64,000 bases of DNA from an uncultured Flavobacteriales bacterium (GTDB taxonomy: Bacteria; Bacteroidota; Bacteroidia; Flavobacteriales; BACL11): NCBI GenBank assembly GCA_905612305.1, contig CAJQRK010000007.1, positions 11,886-75,885 on the forward strand, given 5' to 3'. A program made the position numbers and the translations under genes. Each line of letters begins with the position of its first letter. Positions within the stretch are counted from its first letter, which is position 1. A model generated the notes under the pieces. It worked only from the letters and a program-made list of their open reading frames with translations, was not told the DNA's origin and made no database searches. Below are positions 13,052 to 23,370 of this stretch, one piece after another.

Positions 13052-13453
13052 TTAATAAACGTGACAAATTACTTCACCACCAACCTTTAAATCTCTTGCT
13101 TCTTTATCAGTAATAACACCTTTTGAAGTAGAAAGAATAGCAATGCCTAAACCATTAATTACTCTTGGTAATGTTTTAGCATCAGCATATTTTCTTAAAC
13201 CAGGCTTACTGATTCTTGTTATCTTTTTAATTGCAGGTAATTTAGTTTGTCCATTGTATTTTAATGCAACTTTAATATTACCTTGATTATTAGCAGTGTC
13301 TTCAAATTTAAAATTAAGGATATACCCTTTATCCTGAAGAATTTGCGTAATCGCTTTTTTTACATTAGATGCAGGAATGTCAACAACTTTATGTCCTGCC
13401 ATCTGAGCATTTCTAACTCTAGTTAAATAATCTGCTATTGGATCTGTAAACAT
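13052..13453 (-). CDS. rpsH: 30S ribosomal protein uS8
   Basis: 133 aa, MFTDPIADYLTRVRNA start typical of uS8. Confidence 0.97.
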   Translation of the reverse strand: MFTDPIADYLTRVRNAQMAGHKVVDIPASNVKKAITQILQDKGYILNFKFEDTANNQGNIKVALKYNGQTKLPAIKKITRISKPGLRKYADAKTLPRVINGLGIAILSTSKGVITDKEARDLKVGGEVICHVY

Positions 13454-13474
13454 CTTTTTTTATTCTTTATTAAA

Positions 13475-13744
13475 TTACCAACTTGCTTTTTTCACCCCTG
13501 GAATTAATCCATAACTTGCCATTTCTCTAAACGTAACACGAGAGAGTCCAAATTGTCTCATATACCCCCTAGGTCTTCCTGTAAGCTTACATCTGTTGTG
13601 CATACGCACTGGAGAAGCATCTTTAGGTAACTTTTGTAATCCTTCATAATCACCAGCAGCTTTTAATGCAGCTCTTTTTTCAACATATTTTGCGACACAT
13701 TTTGCTCTTTTCACCTCTCGGGCTTTCATTGATTCTTTTGCCAT
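13475..13744 (-). CDS. rpsN: 30S ribosomal protein uS14 (long, non-zinc type)
   Basis: 89 aa, ..[24 protein letters not shown].. C-terminus. Confidence 0.96.
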   Translation of the reverse strand: MAKESMKAREVKRAKCVAKYVEKRAALKAAGDYEGLQKLPKDASPVRMHNRCKLTGRPRGYMRQFGLSRVTFREMASYGLIPGVKKASW

Positions 13745-13747
13745 AAA

Positions 13748-14521
13748 TTATTTATTTTCTGAATGATCAGCCTCAGCCGACACCTCATTATTATCTTTAT
13801 TTTCTTCTGAACCTGCATCTTCTTTGTCTCGTTCTTCTTGAGAAAGTTTAGCTCTTCTATCTGCTTCTTTTTTATCCTCTTCTTCTGATGCCTCTGCTCT
13901 TGCAGATTCTTCAGCCTCTCTTCTTCTTTCTTCTCTGTCTTTTTCTATTTGCGCCTCTCTCTGCTTTTCATTATCATCATTTCTTTGAAACGGAAAACCC
14001 AATGCTTTCAATAATAATAAAGAATCCTTATCAGAGTCTGTATCCGTAACAAAAGTTATATCCATACCTGTTATCTTGTTAATTTTATCAATACTAATTT
14101 CTTGGAAAGCGATTTGTTCTTTAATACCCATAGTATAATTTCCGCTTCCATCAAACCCTTTAATCGGCAATCCTGAGAAATCACGAACCCTTGGCAAAGT
14201 GGAGGTAATAAATCTATCTAAGAATTCATACATTTGATTTCCTCTTAAAGTTACCATAACTCCAACTGGCATTCCTTTTCTTAACTTAAAGTTAGAGATA
14301 TCTTTAGTGGATTTAGTAAGCATAGACTTCTGACCGGTAATCATAGTCATTTCATTTTGGGCTGCTTCAATTTGTTTTTTATCAGATGCAGCACTGCCAA
14401 GACCTTGATTAAGACAAATCTTAACTAGTTTTGGCACTTGCATTACCGACTTATAGTTCCCTTTAAGGCTGTCTACAACCTCAGTTTGGTACTTTTGTTT
14501 TAATCTTGGTGTGTATTTCAT
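13748..14521 (-). CDS. rplE: 50S ribosomal protein uL5 with 77-aa charged C-terminal extension
   Basis: Residues 1-180 are uL5 (..[33 protein letters not shown]..). Residues 181-257 are an E/D/K/R-rich tail. Confidence 0.93.
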   Translation of the reverse strand: MKYTPRLKQKYQTEVVDSLKGNYKSVMQVPKLVKICLNQGLGSAASDKKQIEAAQNEMTMITGQKSMLTKSTKDISNFKLRKGMPVGVMVTLRGNQMYEFLDRFITSTLPRVRDFSGLPIKGFDGSGNYTMGIKEQIAFQEISIDKINKITGMDITFVTDTDSDKDSLLLLKALGFPFQRNDDNEKQREAQIEKDREERRREAEESARAEASEEEDKKEADRRAKLSQEERDKEDAGSEENKDNNEVSAEADHSENK

Positions 14522-14850
14522 TATTTAATTACTTCTCCTGATTTTTTAGAATATCTAACTATTTTGCCTGACTTCTCATCCATCTTTCTGCCTAATTTAG
14601 TGGCATCACCTGATTTAGGATCAATCATTACTAAGTTTGAAATATGAATCTTAGCCTCTTGCTTTATGATTCCTCCTTGAGGGTTTTCTGCATTAGGTTT
14701 TGAATGCTTTGACACTAAATTAGCGCCTTCAACCATTGCTCTGTTTTCCTTAGAAAATATTTTAATAACCTTACCTTTTGTTCCTTTGGAATTACCAGTA
14801 GTTACTAAAACTATATCATTCTTTTTTATCTTAATTTTTTCCATTTTCAT
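14521..14850 (-). CDS. rplX: 50S ribosomal protein uL24
   Basis: 109 aa, KOW motif ..[20 protein letters not shown].. Confidence 0.96.
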   Translation of the reverse strand: MKMEKIKIKKNDIVLVTTGNSKGTKGKVIKIFSKENRAMVEGANLVSKHSKPNAENPQGGIIKQEAKIHISNLVMIDPKSGDATKLGRKMDEKSGKIVRYSKKSGEVIK

Positions 14851-14854
14851 TGGT

Positions 14855-15223
14855 TTATAATACTTCTGGTGCTAATGAAACAATCTTCAGAAAATTATTG
14901 TCACGTAATTCTCTAGCGACTGGTCCGAAAACACGAGTGCCTTTCATTTGTTCGTTTTCATCAATAATAACACAAGCGTTATCATCAAAACAAATATACG
15001 ATCCATCAGGTCTTCTTACCTCTTTTCTAGTTCTTATTACAACAGCTTTTACAACCTGTCCTTTTTTAATATTTGCTGAAGGCATAGCCTGTTTTACTGT
15101 ACCTACAATTTTATCACCAACTGAAGCGTAGCGTTTTTTCGTTCCTCCTAACACTCTAATACAAAGGATTTCTTTCGCTCCGCTATTATCAGCTACTTTT
15201 AATCTTGATTCTTGTTGTATCAT
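14855..15223 (-). CDS. rplN: 50S ribosomal protein uL14
   Basis: 122 aa, [18 protein letters not shown] start typical of uL14. Confidence 0.98.
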   Translation of the reverse strand: MIQQESRLKVADNSGAKEILCIRVLGGTKKRYASVGDKIVGTVKQAMPSANIKKGQVVKAVVIRTRKEVRRPDGSYICFDDNACVIIDENEQMKGTRVFGPVARELRDNNFLKIVSLAPEVL

Positions 15224-15224
15224 C

Positions 15225-15479
15225 TTATTTAGCTCTTTCGATTATTTCTACTAATCTCCAATTCTTATTCTTGCTTAATGGTCTTGTTTCCATAATCCTC
15301 ACTGTATCCCCCTCATTACAAGAGTTCTCTTCATCATGAGCAAAAAACTTTGAAGTCTTTTTAAGGAACTTCCCATAAAGTGCATGTTTTACCTTTCTTT
15401 CAATAGACACAAGAATAGATTTCTCCATTTTGTTTGAGGTAACCACGCCAATTCTTTCTTTTCTTAAATTTCTTTCCAT
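15225..15479 (-). CDS. rpsQ: 30S ribosomal protein uS17
   Basis: 84 aa, ..[22 protein letters not shown].. motif. Confidence 0.96.
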   Translation of the reverse strand: MERNLRKERIGVVTSNKMEKSILVSIERKVKHALYGKFLKKTSKFFAHDEENSCNEGDTVRIMETRPLSKNKNWRLVEIIERAK

Positions 15480-15485
15480 CTTTTC

Positions 15486-15683
15486 TTATTTTGATGTATT
15501 TCTTCTTTTTGAAATTTCTGTCATCACTCTTGCAATCGTTTTTCTTGTAAACTTGATTTGCAATGGGTTCTCCATTGGAGAAACTGCATGACTCATTTTC
15601 ATTTTAACTAGCCTATCTTTTTCTGCAATTAACAGGTCATTAAGTTCGTTTTCGGGCATATCTATTAATACTTGTGCTTTCAT
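15486..15683 (-). CDS. rpmC: 50S ribosomal protein uL29
   Basis: 65 aa helical protein in the slot between rplP and rpsQ. Confidence 0.93.
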   Translation of the reverse strand: MKAQVLIDMPENELNDLLIAEKDRLVKMKMSHAVSPMENPLQIKFTRKTIARVMTEISKRRNTSK

Positions 15684-15686
15684 CTT

Positions 15687-16109
15687 TTATTCGTTTTGTA
15701 AATCTCTTCTGATTACAAATTTAGTTTTGATTGGTAATTTTTGTGCTGCTAAACGTAATGCTTCTTTTGCAGTTTTTAGATCTATACCATCACATTCAAA
15801 AAGGATTCTTCCTGGACTTACAGTTGCTGCCCAATATTCTACACCTCCTTTACCCTTACCCATCCTTACCTCTGCAGGTTTTTTAGTGACTGGTTTGTCT
15901 GGGAAAATTCTAATCCAAACTTGACCTTGTCTTTTCATATGACGAGTAACTGCAATACGAGCCGCTTCAATCTGACGAGCAGTCATCCAACATTCTTCAA
16001 GTGCTTTAATTCCAAAAGAACCAAAAGCCAATTGATGACCTCTTTCGGCATTACCCTTCATCTTGCCTTTTTGCATCTTTCTGAATTTTGTTTTCTTTGG
16101 CTGTAACAT
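15687..16109 (-). CDS. rplP: 50S ribosomal protein uL16
   Basis: 140 aa, [15 protein letters not shown] start typical of uL16. Confidence 0.98.
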   Translation of the reverse strand: MLQPKKTKFRKMQKGKMKGNAERGHQLAFGSFGIKALEECWMTARQIEAARIAVTRHMKRQGQVWIRIFPDKPVTKKPAEVRMGKGKGGVEYWAATVSPGRILFECDGIDLKTAKEALRLAAQKLPIKTKFVIRRDLQNE

Positions 16110-16137
16110 TTCTTAATTCTTTTCTAAGTTCTAAAAA

Positions 16138-16842
16138 CTATCTTCTTCTATTATTTGACTTATCTCCTCCTCCTAATTTTTTCTTAGGAGCTTTGAAATG
16201 TAGCATTAAATCACGTTTACCATAAACCTCACCTCTACATATCCAAACCTTCACGCCAATTAAACCATATTGTGTTAAAGCTTCAGACAAACAATAATCA
16301 ATATCAGCTCTAAATGTATGTAATGGTGTTCTACCATCTTTCATCATTTCAGATCTTGCCATCTCAGCTCCATTCAATCTACCAGAAATCTGAACTTTAA
16401 TTCCTTCAGCTCCCATTCTCATTGTAGATGCAATAGCCATCTTTGTAGCTCTTTTATAAGAAACTCTTCCTTGAATTTGTGAGGCAATACTATCAGCTAC
16501 TAATGTCGCTTCTAATTCAGGTCTTTTAACTTCAAAAATATTAATCTGAATATCATTATTTGTAATTTTCTTAATTTCTTGTTTTAAGGTCTCGACTTCT
16601 TGCCCTCCTTTACCAATAATAATGCCAGGCCGAGCAGTGTGAATGGTAATGGTGACTAACTTAAGTGTTCTTTCGATTGCAATTTTAGAAACACTTGCTT
16701 TTGCTAATCTAGCTCTTAAGTATTTTCTAATTTTAGCATCATCTGCTAATTTATTACCAAAATCGTTACCGCCATACCAGTTTGATTCCCATCCTCTGAT
16801 TATACCTAGTCTATTCGCAATTGGATTTGTCTTTTGTCCCAT
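16138..16842 (-). CDS. rpsC: 30S ribosomal protein uS3
   Basis: 234 aa, [13 protein letters not shown] start and KH domain. Confidence 0.98.
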   Translation of the reverse strand: MGQKTNPIANRLGIIRGWESNWYGGNDFGNKLADDAKIRKYLRARLAKASVSKIAIERTLKLVTITIHTARPGIIIGKGGQEVETLKQEIKKITNNDIQINIFEVKRPELEATLVADSIASQIQGRVSYKRATKMAIASTMRMGAEGIKVQISGRLNGAEMARSEMMKDGRTPLHTFRADIDYCLSEALTQYGLIGVKVWICRGEVYGKRDLMLHFKAPKKKLGGGDKSNNRRR

Positions 16843-16843
16843 A

Positions 16844-17254
16844 CTATTCTATTATATCTATTTGTCTATTATCTACCACTAAAGTAACATGGTTAGACCT
16901 TTTTCTAATTCTATGCGCTCTACCTTGTGGAGCTGGCTGAACTCTTTTAAGCATTCTGCCACTATCTACTCTTACCTCAGAAACATAAAGGTTATTTTCA
17001 TCCATTCTTTTTCCTTCATTTTTAGCTTCCCAATTCGCTAAAGCTGATAATAAAAGTTTTTCCATTCTACCTGAAGCTTCTTTCGGATTTAACTTTAATT
17101 CAGCCAACGCTCTATCAGCATCTAACCCTCTAATTAAATCAGCTATCAACCTCATTTTTCTTGGTGAAGTTGGACAATTATTCAATTTTGCGAAAGCAAT
17201 TTTCTTTCTCACTTCCTTCATTTCATCTGCTTTTATTCTTTTTCTAGATCCCAT
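16844..17254 (-). CDS. rplV: 50S ribosomal protein uL22
   Basis: 136 aa, ..[14 protein letters not shown].. motif. Confidence 0.96.
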   Translation of the reverse strand: MGSRKRIKADEMKEVRKKIAFAKLNNCPTSPRKMRLIADLIRGLDADRALAELKLNPKEASGRMEKLLLSALANWEAKNEGKRMDENNLYVSEVRVDSGRMLKRVQPAPQGRAHRIRKRSNHVTLVVDNRQIDIIE

Positions 17255-17261
17255 TTATTTA

Positions 17262-17528
17262 CTATTTTCTATTATGTCCATGACCTCTAAAAGTCCTTGT
17301 TGGAGAGAATTCACCTAATTTATGACCTACCATATTTTCAGTTACAAAAACAGGAATAAATTGTTTGCCATTATGCACTGCAAATGTTTTTCCAACAAAA
17401 TCAGGAGATATCATAGATGCTCTTGACCATGTTTTGATTACTGATTTTTTTGCTGACTCATTCATTGCATCAATTTTTTTCTGCAATTTATAATGAATAA
17501 ATGGTCCTTTTTTTAATGATCTAGGCAT
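17262..17528 (-). CDS. rpsS: 30S ribosomal protein uS19
   Basis: 88 aa, [10 protein letters not shown] start, ..[23 protein letters not shown].. Confidence 0.98.
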   Translation of the reverse strand: MPRSLKKGPFIHYKLQKKIDAMNESAKKSVIKTWSRASMISPDFVGKTFAVHNGKQFIPVFVTENMVGHKLGEFSPTRTFRGHGHNRK

Positions 17529-17531
17529 AAA

Positions 17532-18359
17532 TTATTTCTTTTTTCTTCTCTCAATTATATACTTATCAGAAGCCTTCTTCTTATCTCTTGTCTTAAATCC
17601 TTTAGCAGGCACCCCATTCTTATTCCTTGGCAAACCTCCTGAGTGTTTTCCTTCACCCCCGCCCATTGGATGATCAACTGGATTTTTAATTGTTGCTCTT
17701 ACGTTCGGCCTTCTTCCCAACCATCTTCTTCTTCCTGCTTTACCATGAACTTCTAATTGATGTTGAGGGTTAGAAACTGAACCAATAGTCGCTAAACAAG
17801 TAACTAAAATTCTTCTAATTTCACCTGAAGCTAATTTAATAGCAGCATATTTACCGTCTTTTGCCATAAGCTGCCCATAAGAACCCGCACTCCTTACTAA
17901 GATAGCTCCTTGACCTGGCTTTAATTCAATATTATGAATTACTGTACCTAAAGGAAGTTCGCTTAAAGGTAAAGTATTTCCTACTTTAATGGGCGCTTCT
18001 TTTGCAGAAATCACTTCCATACCCACTTCTAATCCTGCAGGAGCAAGCATATATCTTTTTTCACCATCAACATAAAATAATAAAGCAATATTAGCAGTTC
18101 TGTTTGGATCATATTCAATAGTAGAAACTTTAGCAGGAATTCCAAATTTATCTCTTTTGAAATCAATAATTCTATATCTCTGTTTATGACCTCCACCGAT
18201 ATTCTCGATAGTCATCTTACCCGTATCATTTCTACCTCCTGAATTCTTCTTTTTCGCTAATAAACTTTTCTCTGGTCTTGATACAGTAATCTCATCAAAA
18301 GTAATTGCTACTTTATGCCTTTGACCTGGAGTTATTGGGTTAAATTTTCTTAATGCCAT
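17532..18359 (-). CDS. rplB: 50S ribosomal protein uL2
   Basis: 275 aa, ..[13 protein letters not shown].. signature. Confidence 0.98.
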   Translation of the reverse strand: MALRKFNPITPGQRHKVAITFDEITVSRPEKSLLAKKKNSGGRNDTGKMTIENIGGGHKQRYRIIDFKRDKFGIPAKVSTIEYDPNRTANIALLFYVDGEKRYMLAPAGLEVGMEVISAKEAPIKVGNTLPLSELPLGTVIHNIELKPGQGAILVRSAGSYGQLMAKDGKYAAIKLASGEIRRILVTCLATIGSVSNPQHQLEVHGKAGRRRWLGRRPNVRATIKNPVDHPMGGGEGKHSGGLPRNKNGVPAKGFKTRDKKKASDKYIIERRKKK

Positions 18360-18368
18360 CTCTTTTAA

Positions 18369-18662
18369 TTAAATATTACTATAAAAATCTATAGAATCTC
18401 CTTCAGCTAAAGTTACAATTGCCTTTTTGTACGTAGATGTTTTTCCAACAATCATACCAGATTTTGTTCCTCTCACCCTCTTCTTTCCTATACACACCAT
18501 AGTCCTAACTGAATCAACTGCTACATCATACATCTGTTCAACAGCTTTTTTGATTTCAATCTTATTTGCTTTTATATCCACAACAAAAGCAAAACGATTA
18601 TACTTCTCGCTTGCACTTGTCATTTTTTCGGTTATTACCGGTTTTTTTATAATACTCATCAC
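18369..18662 (-). CDS. rplW: 50S ribosomal protein uL23
   Basis: 97 aa in the slot between rplD and rplB; ..KPVITEKMT.. motif. Confidence 0.95.
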   Translation of the reverse strand: MMSIIKKPVITEKMTSASEKYNRFAFVVDIKANKIEIKKAVEQMYDVAVDSVRTMVCIGKKRVRGTKSGMIVGKTSTYKKAIVTLAEGDSIDFYSNI

Positions 18663-18669
18663 TTAAATA

Positions 18670-19293
18670 TTAAAAATTCTTCTCTATTATGTTAATTGAT
18701 GACTCCATCAATATCAATTTATTAGCATTCATAACATCATAAGTATTTAATTCTGAAGCTAATACCACTCTCGCCTTCTGCAAATTACAGGATGACAAAA
18801 ATATATTTTTATTTGAATCAGCAAGCACTAAAACAGTTTTATTATCTAGTAGATCAAAATTAGATAATAACTCAGTATATGATTTTGTTTTAGGAGCATC
18901 AAAAGTAAAATCCTCTAACACAATGATATTTTGATCCTTAGCCATGTAAGATAGGGCAGATTTACGTGCTAAACGCTTTACTTTTTTATTTATTTTAAAA
19001 TCATAGTTTCTTGGTGAAGGGCCAAACACCCTACCTCCACCTCTAAACAATGGGTTTTTGATATCACCCACTCTGGCAGCACCGCTTCCCTTTTGTTTTC
19101 TAAGCTTTCTTCTACTCCCTTTTACATCCCCTCTCTCTTTCGCTTTATGCGTACCAGACCTTTGGGCTGCTAAGTGTTGTTTTACATCTAAATAAATTGC
19201 ATGATCGTTTGGTTCAACACCAAATACACCCTTACTGAGATCTACTTTTTTAGTAGTTTCTTTTCCTGTAATATTATGTACTGCTACTTTCAT
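18670..19293 (-). CDS. rplD: 50S ribosomal protein uL4
   Basis: 207 aa, ..RKQKGSGAARVGDIKNPLFRGGGRVFGP.. motif. Confidence 0.97.
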   Translation of the reverse strand: MKVAVHNITGKETTKKVDLSKGVFGVEPNDHAIYLDVKQHLAAQRSGTHKAKERGDVKGSRRKLRKQKGSGAARVGDIKNPLFRGGGRVFGPSPRNYDFKINKKVKRLARKSALSYMAKDQNIIVLEDFTFDAPKTKSYTELLSNFDLLDNKTVLVLADSNKNIFLSSCNLQKARVVLASELNTYDVMNANKLILMESSINIIEKNF

Positions 19294-19907
19294 TATTTCT
19301 CTATTATTATGTATGAGTTTTTTGCGCCAGGAACAGCTCCTTTTACTACTATCATATTTCTCTCTGATAAAACTTTTAATACTTCTAAGTTTTCAATCTT
19401 AACTCTAGCATCTCCCATTTGACCAGCCATTCTCATTCCTTTAAATACTCTTGCTGGATATGAAGCCGCACCAATAGAACCTGGGGCTCTTAATCTGTTG
19501 TGTTGCCCATGCGTTGCATCACCTACACCCTTAAAGTTATAGCGCTTAACTACTCCCTGAAACCCTTTACCCTTAGAAGTTCCTACTACAGTTACAAAAT
19601 CTCCTTCTTCAAAAATTTCAACATTAACAACATCACCTAAAACAACATCAGTATCTACTGGAAATTCAACTAATTTTCTCAAAGGAGTAGAATCTGCTTT
19701 TTTGAAATGACCTAAAGCAGCTTTAGACACTCTGCTTTCTTTTTGTTGAGAAAAACCTAATTGGATAGCATCATAACCATCCACTTCTTCTGTTTTAACT
19801 TGAGTAACCTTACATGGCCCCACCTCTAATATTGTACATGGAATATTTTTACCTTCTTCAGAGAAGATGGATGTCATTCCTATTTTTTTACCTATTAAAC
19901 CTGGCAT
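19293..19907 (-). CDS. rplC: 50S ribosomal protein uL3
   Basis: 204 aa, [12 protein letters not shown] start, ..[10 protein letters not shown].. motif. Confidence 0.98.
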   Translation of the reverse strand: MPGLIGKKIGMTSIFSEEGKNIPCTILEVGPCKVTQVKTEEVDGYDAIQLGFSQQKESRVSKAALGHFKKADSTPLRKLVEFPVDTDVVLGDVVNVEIFEEGDFVTVVGTSKGKGFQGVVKRYNFKGVGDATHGQHNRLRAPGSIGAASYPARVFKGMRMAGQMGDARVKIENLEVLKVLSERNMIVVKGAVPGAKNSYIIIEK

Positions 19908-19918
19908 CTTTTTCTTTT

Positions 19919-20227
19919 TTAAATTACTTTAATTTCAACATGAACACCACTAGGTAACTCTAACTTCATCAAAGCATCAATTGTTTTTGATGACGAGCTA
20001 TAGATATCCATTAATCTTTTATGATTGGCTAATTGGAATTGTTCTCTAGCTTTTTTGTTTACGTGAGGCGAACGCAAAACTGTAAAAATTCTCTTGTGCG
20101 TTGGTAATGGAATTGGCCCAACAACAATTGCTCCTGAATTCCTTACAGTCTTGACAATCTTCTCAGCTGATTGATCCACTAAAGAGTGATCAAATGATTT
20201 TATTTTTATTCTAACTTTCTGTGCCAT
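19919..20227 (-). CDS. rpsJ: 30S ribosomal protein uS10
   Basis: 102 aa, ..[10 protein letters not shown].. and ..[15 protein letters not shown].. motifs. Confidence 0.98.
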   Translation of the reverse strand: MAQKVRIKIKSFDHSLVDQSAEKIVKTVRNSGAIVVGPIPLPTHKRIFTVLRSPHVNKKAREQFQLANHKRLMDIYSSSSKTIDALMKLELPSGVHVEIKVI

Positions 20228-20244
20228 GTATAGCTATATTAATA

Positions 20245-22344
20245 TTATTCTCCTTTAATTTTCTTAATTACTTCTTCTGATACATTTTTTGGTGCCTCAA
20301 CAAAACTAAAGAATTCCATTGTTGAGGTTGCGCGACCTGAAGTAATTGTTCTTAAATCTGTAATGTATCCAAACATTTCTGATAATGGAACTTTAGCATT
20401 TACAACTTTAGCCCCTCCCTTATCATCCATACCTTCAACCTGTCCCCTTCTTCTATTCAAATCTCCAATTACATCCCCCATATTTAGTTCAGGAGTAATA
20501 ACTGTTAATTTCATGATTGGTTCAAGGATTTTTGGATTTGCTTGTCTTGATGCGGCTTTAAATGCAATCTGTGCACATATCTCAAATGATAATGCATCAG
20601 AATCTACATCATGATAAGAGCCATCATATAATCTAACCTTCATAGAATCCAAAGGGAACCCAGCCAAAACACCATTAACCATAGCCATTTTAAATCCTTT
20701 TTCCACAGAAGGAATAAATTCTTTAGGAATATTACCCCCCTTAATCGCATTAACAAATTGCAGTCCTGTTCCTTCAAAATCAGCATCTACTGGTGATAAT
20801 TCAAATCTAATATCAGCAAACTTACCCCTCCCTCCTGATTGCTTCTTATATACTTCTTTATGATCAACAGAAGTAGTAATTGCCTCCCTATACGCTACTT
20901 GAGGAGCCCCCTCATTACATTCTACTCCAAATTCTCTTTTCAATCTATCCATAATGATTTCCAAGTGCAACTCACCCATTCCCGAAACAATAGTTTGCCC
21001 TGAATCGTCATCAGTTTTAACTGTAAATGTAGGATCTTCTTCTGATAATTTCCCTAAAGCAACTCCTAATTTATCTAAATCTTTCTGCGTTTTTGGCTCA
21101 ATAGCAATACCAATTACCGGATCTGGAAAATCCATTGCCTCCAAGACGATAGGATGTTTTAAATCACATAAAGTATCTCCAGTTCTAATATCTTTAAACC
21201 CAACTAAAGCTGCAATATCTCCAGCCTCTAAACTATCAATTTGATTTTGCTTATTTGCATGCATTTGATAAATACGAGAGATCCTCTCTTTTTTACCAGT
21301 TCTGGTATTTAAGATAAAATTACCTTGCTCCAACGCTCCTGAATAAGCTCTAGTAAAACATAACCTTCCAACATAAGGATCCGTAGCAATCTTAAATGCC
21401 AAAGCCGAAAAAGGCTCTTCAAAAGAAGGCTTTCTACTTTCTTCAGCATCAGTGTCTGGATTTTTACCTATTATAGCTTCAACATCCAGTGGAGATGGTA
21501 AAATTTCCATTACCATATCCAACATTGCTTGCACCCCTTTATTTTTAAAAGCAGAACCACACATCATAGGAACAACTTTCCCAGAAATAGTAGCCTGTCT
21601 TAATGCATTTAAAATTTCTTTTTCAGTTAAAGAGTTTTCATCTTCAAAATATTTTTCCATCAAGGAATCATCAAACTCAGCTACAGCCTCTAATAATTTT
21701 CCCCTATATTCTCTTGCTTCATCAATAATATCCGCAGGAATCTCAATTTCCTTAAAAGTCATTCCTTGATCATCTTCATTCCAAACAATACCTTTAAAAT
21801 TTATTAAATCAACAACACCCTTAAATTCATCTTCAGCTCCAATCGGAATCTGTAATGGTAATGCATGAGAGCCTAACATCTCTTTTACTTGACGACAGAC
21901 ATTTAAAAAGTCAGCACCTTGTCGATCCATTTTATTTACAAAACCAATTCTTGGTACATTGTAATTATCCGCCAATCTCCAGTTTGTTTCTGATTGCGGT
22001 TCAACACCATCAACAGCAGAAAATAAGAAAACTAAACCATCCAAGACTCTTAATGATCTATTTACTTCAACCGTAAAATCAACATGACCTGGAGTATCAA
22101 TAATATTCACATGGTAATCCGTCCCTCTATAGTCCCAAGTTAAAGTAGTGGCTGCAGAAGTAATTGTAATCCCTCTCTCTTGCTCTTGCTCCATCCAGTC
22201 CATTGTAGCGGCACCATCATGCACCTCTCCAATTTTATGAGAAACTCCTCCATAGTAAAGGATTCTTTCAGTAGTAGTGGTTTTTCCAGCATCAATATGA
22301 GCTGCTATACCAATATTTCTAGTATATTTTAAATCTCTTGCCAT
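20245..22344 (-). CDS. fusA: elongation factor G
   Basis: 699 aa, G-domain motifs [21 protein letters not shown]. Sits between rpsG and rpsJ. Confidence 0.98.
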   Translation of the reverse strand: MARDLKYTRNIGIAAHIDAGKTTTTERILYYGGVSHKIGEVHDGAATMDWMEQEQERGITITSAATTLTWDYRGTDYHVNIIDTPGHVDFTVEVNRSLRVLDGLVFLFSAVDGVEPQSETNWRLADNYNVPRIGFVNKMDRQGADFLNVCRQVKEMLGSHALPLQIPIGAEDEFKGVVDLINFKGIVWNEDDQGMTFKEIEIPADIIDEAREYRGKLLEAVAEFDDSLMEKYFEDENSLTEKEILNALRQATISGKVVPMMCGSAFKNKGVQAMLDMVMEILPSPLDVEAIIGKNPDTDAEESRKPSFEEPFSALAFKIATDPYVGRLCFTRAYSGALEQGNFILNTRTGKKERISRIYQMHANKQNQIDSLEAGDIAALVGFKDIRTGDTLCDLKHPIVLEAMDFPDPVIGIAIEPKTQKDLDKLGVALGKLSEEDPTFTVKTDDDSGQTIVSGMGELHLEIIMDRLKREFGVECNEGAPQVAYREAITTSVDHKEVYKKQSGGRGKFADIRFELSPVDADFEGTGLQFVNAIKGGNIPKEFIPSVEKGFKMAMVNGVLAGFPLDSMKVRLYDGSYHDVDSDALSFEICAQIAFKAASRQANPKILEPIMKLTVITPELNMGDVIGDLNRRRGQVEGMDDKGGAKVVNAKVPLSEMFGYITDLRTITSGRATSTMEFFSFVEAPKNVSEEVIKKIKGE

Positions 22345-22350
22345 TTCTAA

Positions 22351-22821
22351 TTAAAATCTAAAGTGTGAAAATGCTTTATTAGCTTCTGCCATTCTATGTA
22401 CATCTTGCTTCTTTTTATAAGCTGTACCTTCTTCTTTATAAGCGGCAATTAATTCAGCCGATAATTTAGCATCCATAGTTTTTTCATTTCTTTTTCTTGC
22501 AGCAGTAATCATCCATTTAACCCCTAAAGAAACTCTTCTATCCTCTCTTACTGGATGAGGAATTTGGAAAGTTGCCCCGCCAATTCTTCTTGATCTTACT
22601 TCAACATGAGGACTCACATTTTCTAATGCCTTTTCAAAAACAACTAAAGCTTCTTCTTCATCAATTTTAGTCGCAATATTATCCAGAGCAGTATAGAATA
22701 CTTTAAATGCAGTATTCTTTTTTCCGCCTAACATTAGATTATTTACAAATCTTGTAACTAAAGAGCTGCCAAATCTTGGATCCGGCAACAATATTCTTTT
22801 CTTGGCGCTTTTCTTTCTCAT
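22351..22821 (-). CDS. rpsG: 30S ribosomal protein uS7
   Basis: 156 aa in the str-operon position, ending ..AFSHFRF. Confidence 0.98.
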   Translation of the reverse strand: MRKKSAKKRILLPDPRFGSSLVTRFVNNLMLGGKKNTAFKVFYTALDNIATKIDEEEALVVFEKALENVSPHVEVRSRRIGGATFQIPHPVREDRRVSLGVKWMITAARKRNEKTMDAKLSAELIAAYKEEGTAYKKKQDVHRMAEANKAFSHFRF

Positions 22822-22827
22822 TATATA

Positions 22828-23202
22828 TTATTTCTTAGGTTTTTTAGTGCCATACTTTGACCTTCTTTGAGTTCTTTCATTCACACCTGAAGTATCCAAA
22901 GCACCTCTGATAATATGGTACCTAACCCCTGGCAAATCTTTTACCCTTCCTCCTCTTACTAATACTACAGAATATTCTTGAAGATTATGCCCTTCTCCTC
23001 CAATATAAGCATTTACCTCATTACCATTTGTTAATCTTACTCTTGCAACTTTTCTTAATGCTGAATTTGGTTTTTTAGGAGTTGTTGTATAAACTCTAGT
23101 ACAGACTCCTCTTCTTTGAGGGCAGCTTTTTAGAGCTAACGACTTACTCTTTTTATTGATAGAAGTCCTACCTTTTCTTACTAATTGTTGTATTGTTGGC
23201 AT
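22828..23202 (-). CDS. rpsL: 30S ribosomal protein uS12
   Basis: 124 aa, [12 protein letters not shown] start, ..[16 protein letters not shown].. motif. Confidence 0.98.
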   Translation of the reverse strand: MPTIQQLVRKGRTSINKKSKSLALKSCPQRRGVCTRVYTTTPKKPNSALRKVARVRLTNGNEVNAYIGGEGHNLQEYSVVLVRGGRVKDLPGVRYHIIRGALDTSGVNERTQRRSKYGTKKPKK

Positions 23203-23227
23203 ATTATTTCTTTACTAAAATGGGCGG

Positions 23228-23235
23228 CAAATGTA
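23228..23235 (-). promoter_or_regulatory. candidate -7 box (TAnnTTTG) of the str/S10 operon
   Basis: The minus strand reads TACATTTG, 25 nt upstream of the rpsL ATG. No clear -33 TTTG. Confidence 0.35.
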
Positions 23236-23318
23236 GTAATTTATTAATTTAAATTGAAATTGTACTCATTTATTTTTATTCTAATTTTTATTCTAATAAA
23301 ACACATTAAAAATTGAGC

Positions 23319-23345
23319 AAAAAAAGACGCTAAAAATTGAGCGCC
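23319..23345 (-). terminator. Rho-independent terminator after the adhesin gene
   Basis: Minus strand: GGCGCT-CAATTTTT-AGCGTC (6 bp including one G-U) followed by TTTTTTT. It lies 26 nt after the stop at 23371. Confidence 0.5.
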
Positions 23346-23370
23346 TTTTAAAAATATCTAGTTGGATTAT

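Noticed and set aside
8967-22076. Numerous 60-105-aa plus-strand ORFs inside map, secY, the ribosomal protein genes and fusA (e.g. 14850..15131, 16643..16882, 18427..18666, 20954..21244, 21452..21769).
   Set aside because: All are antisense shadows of highly conserved genes, and none has start context or motifs.
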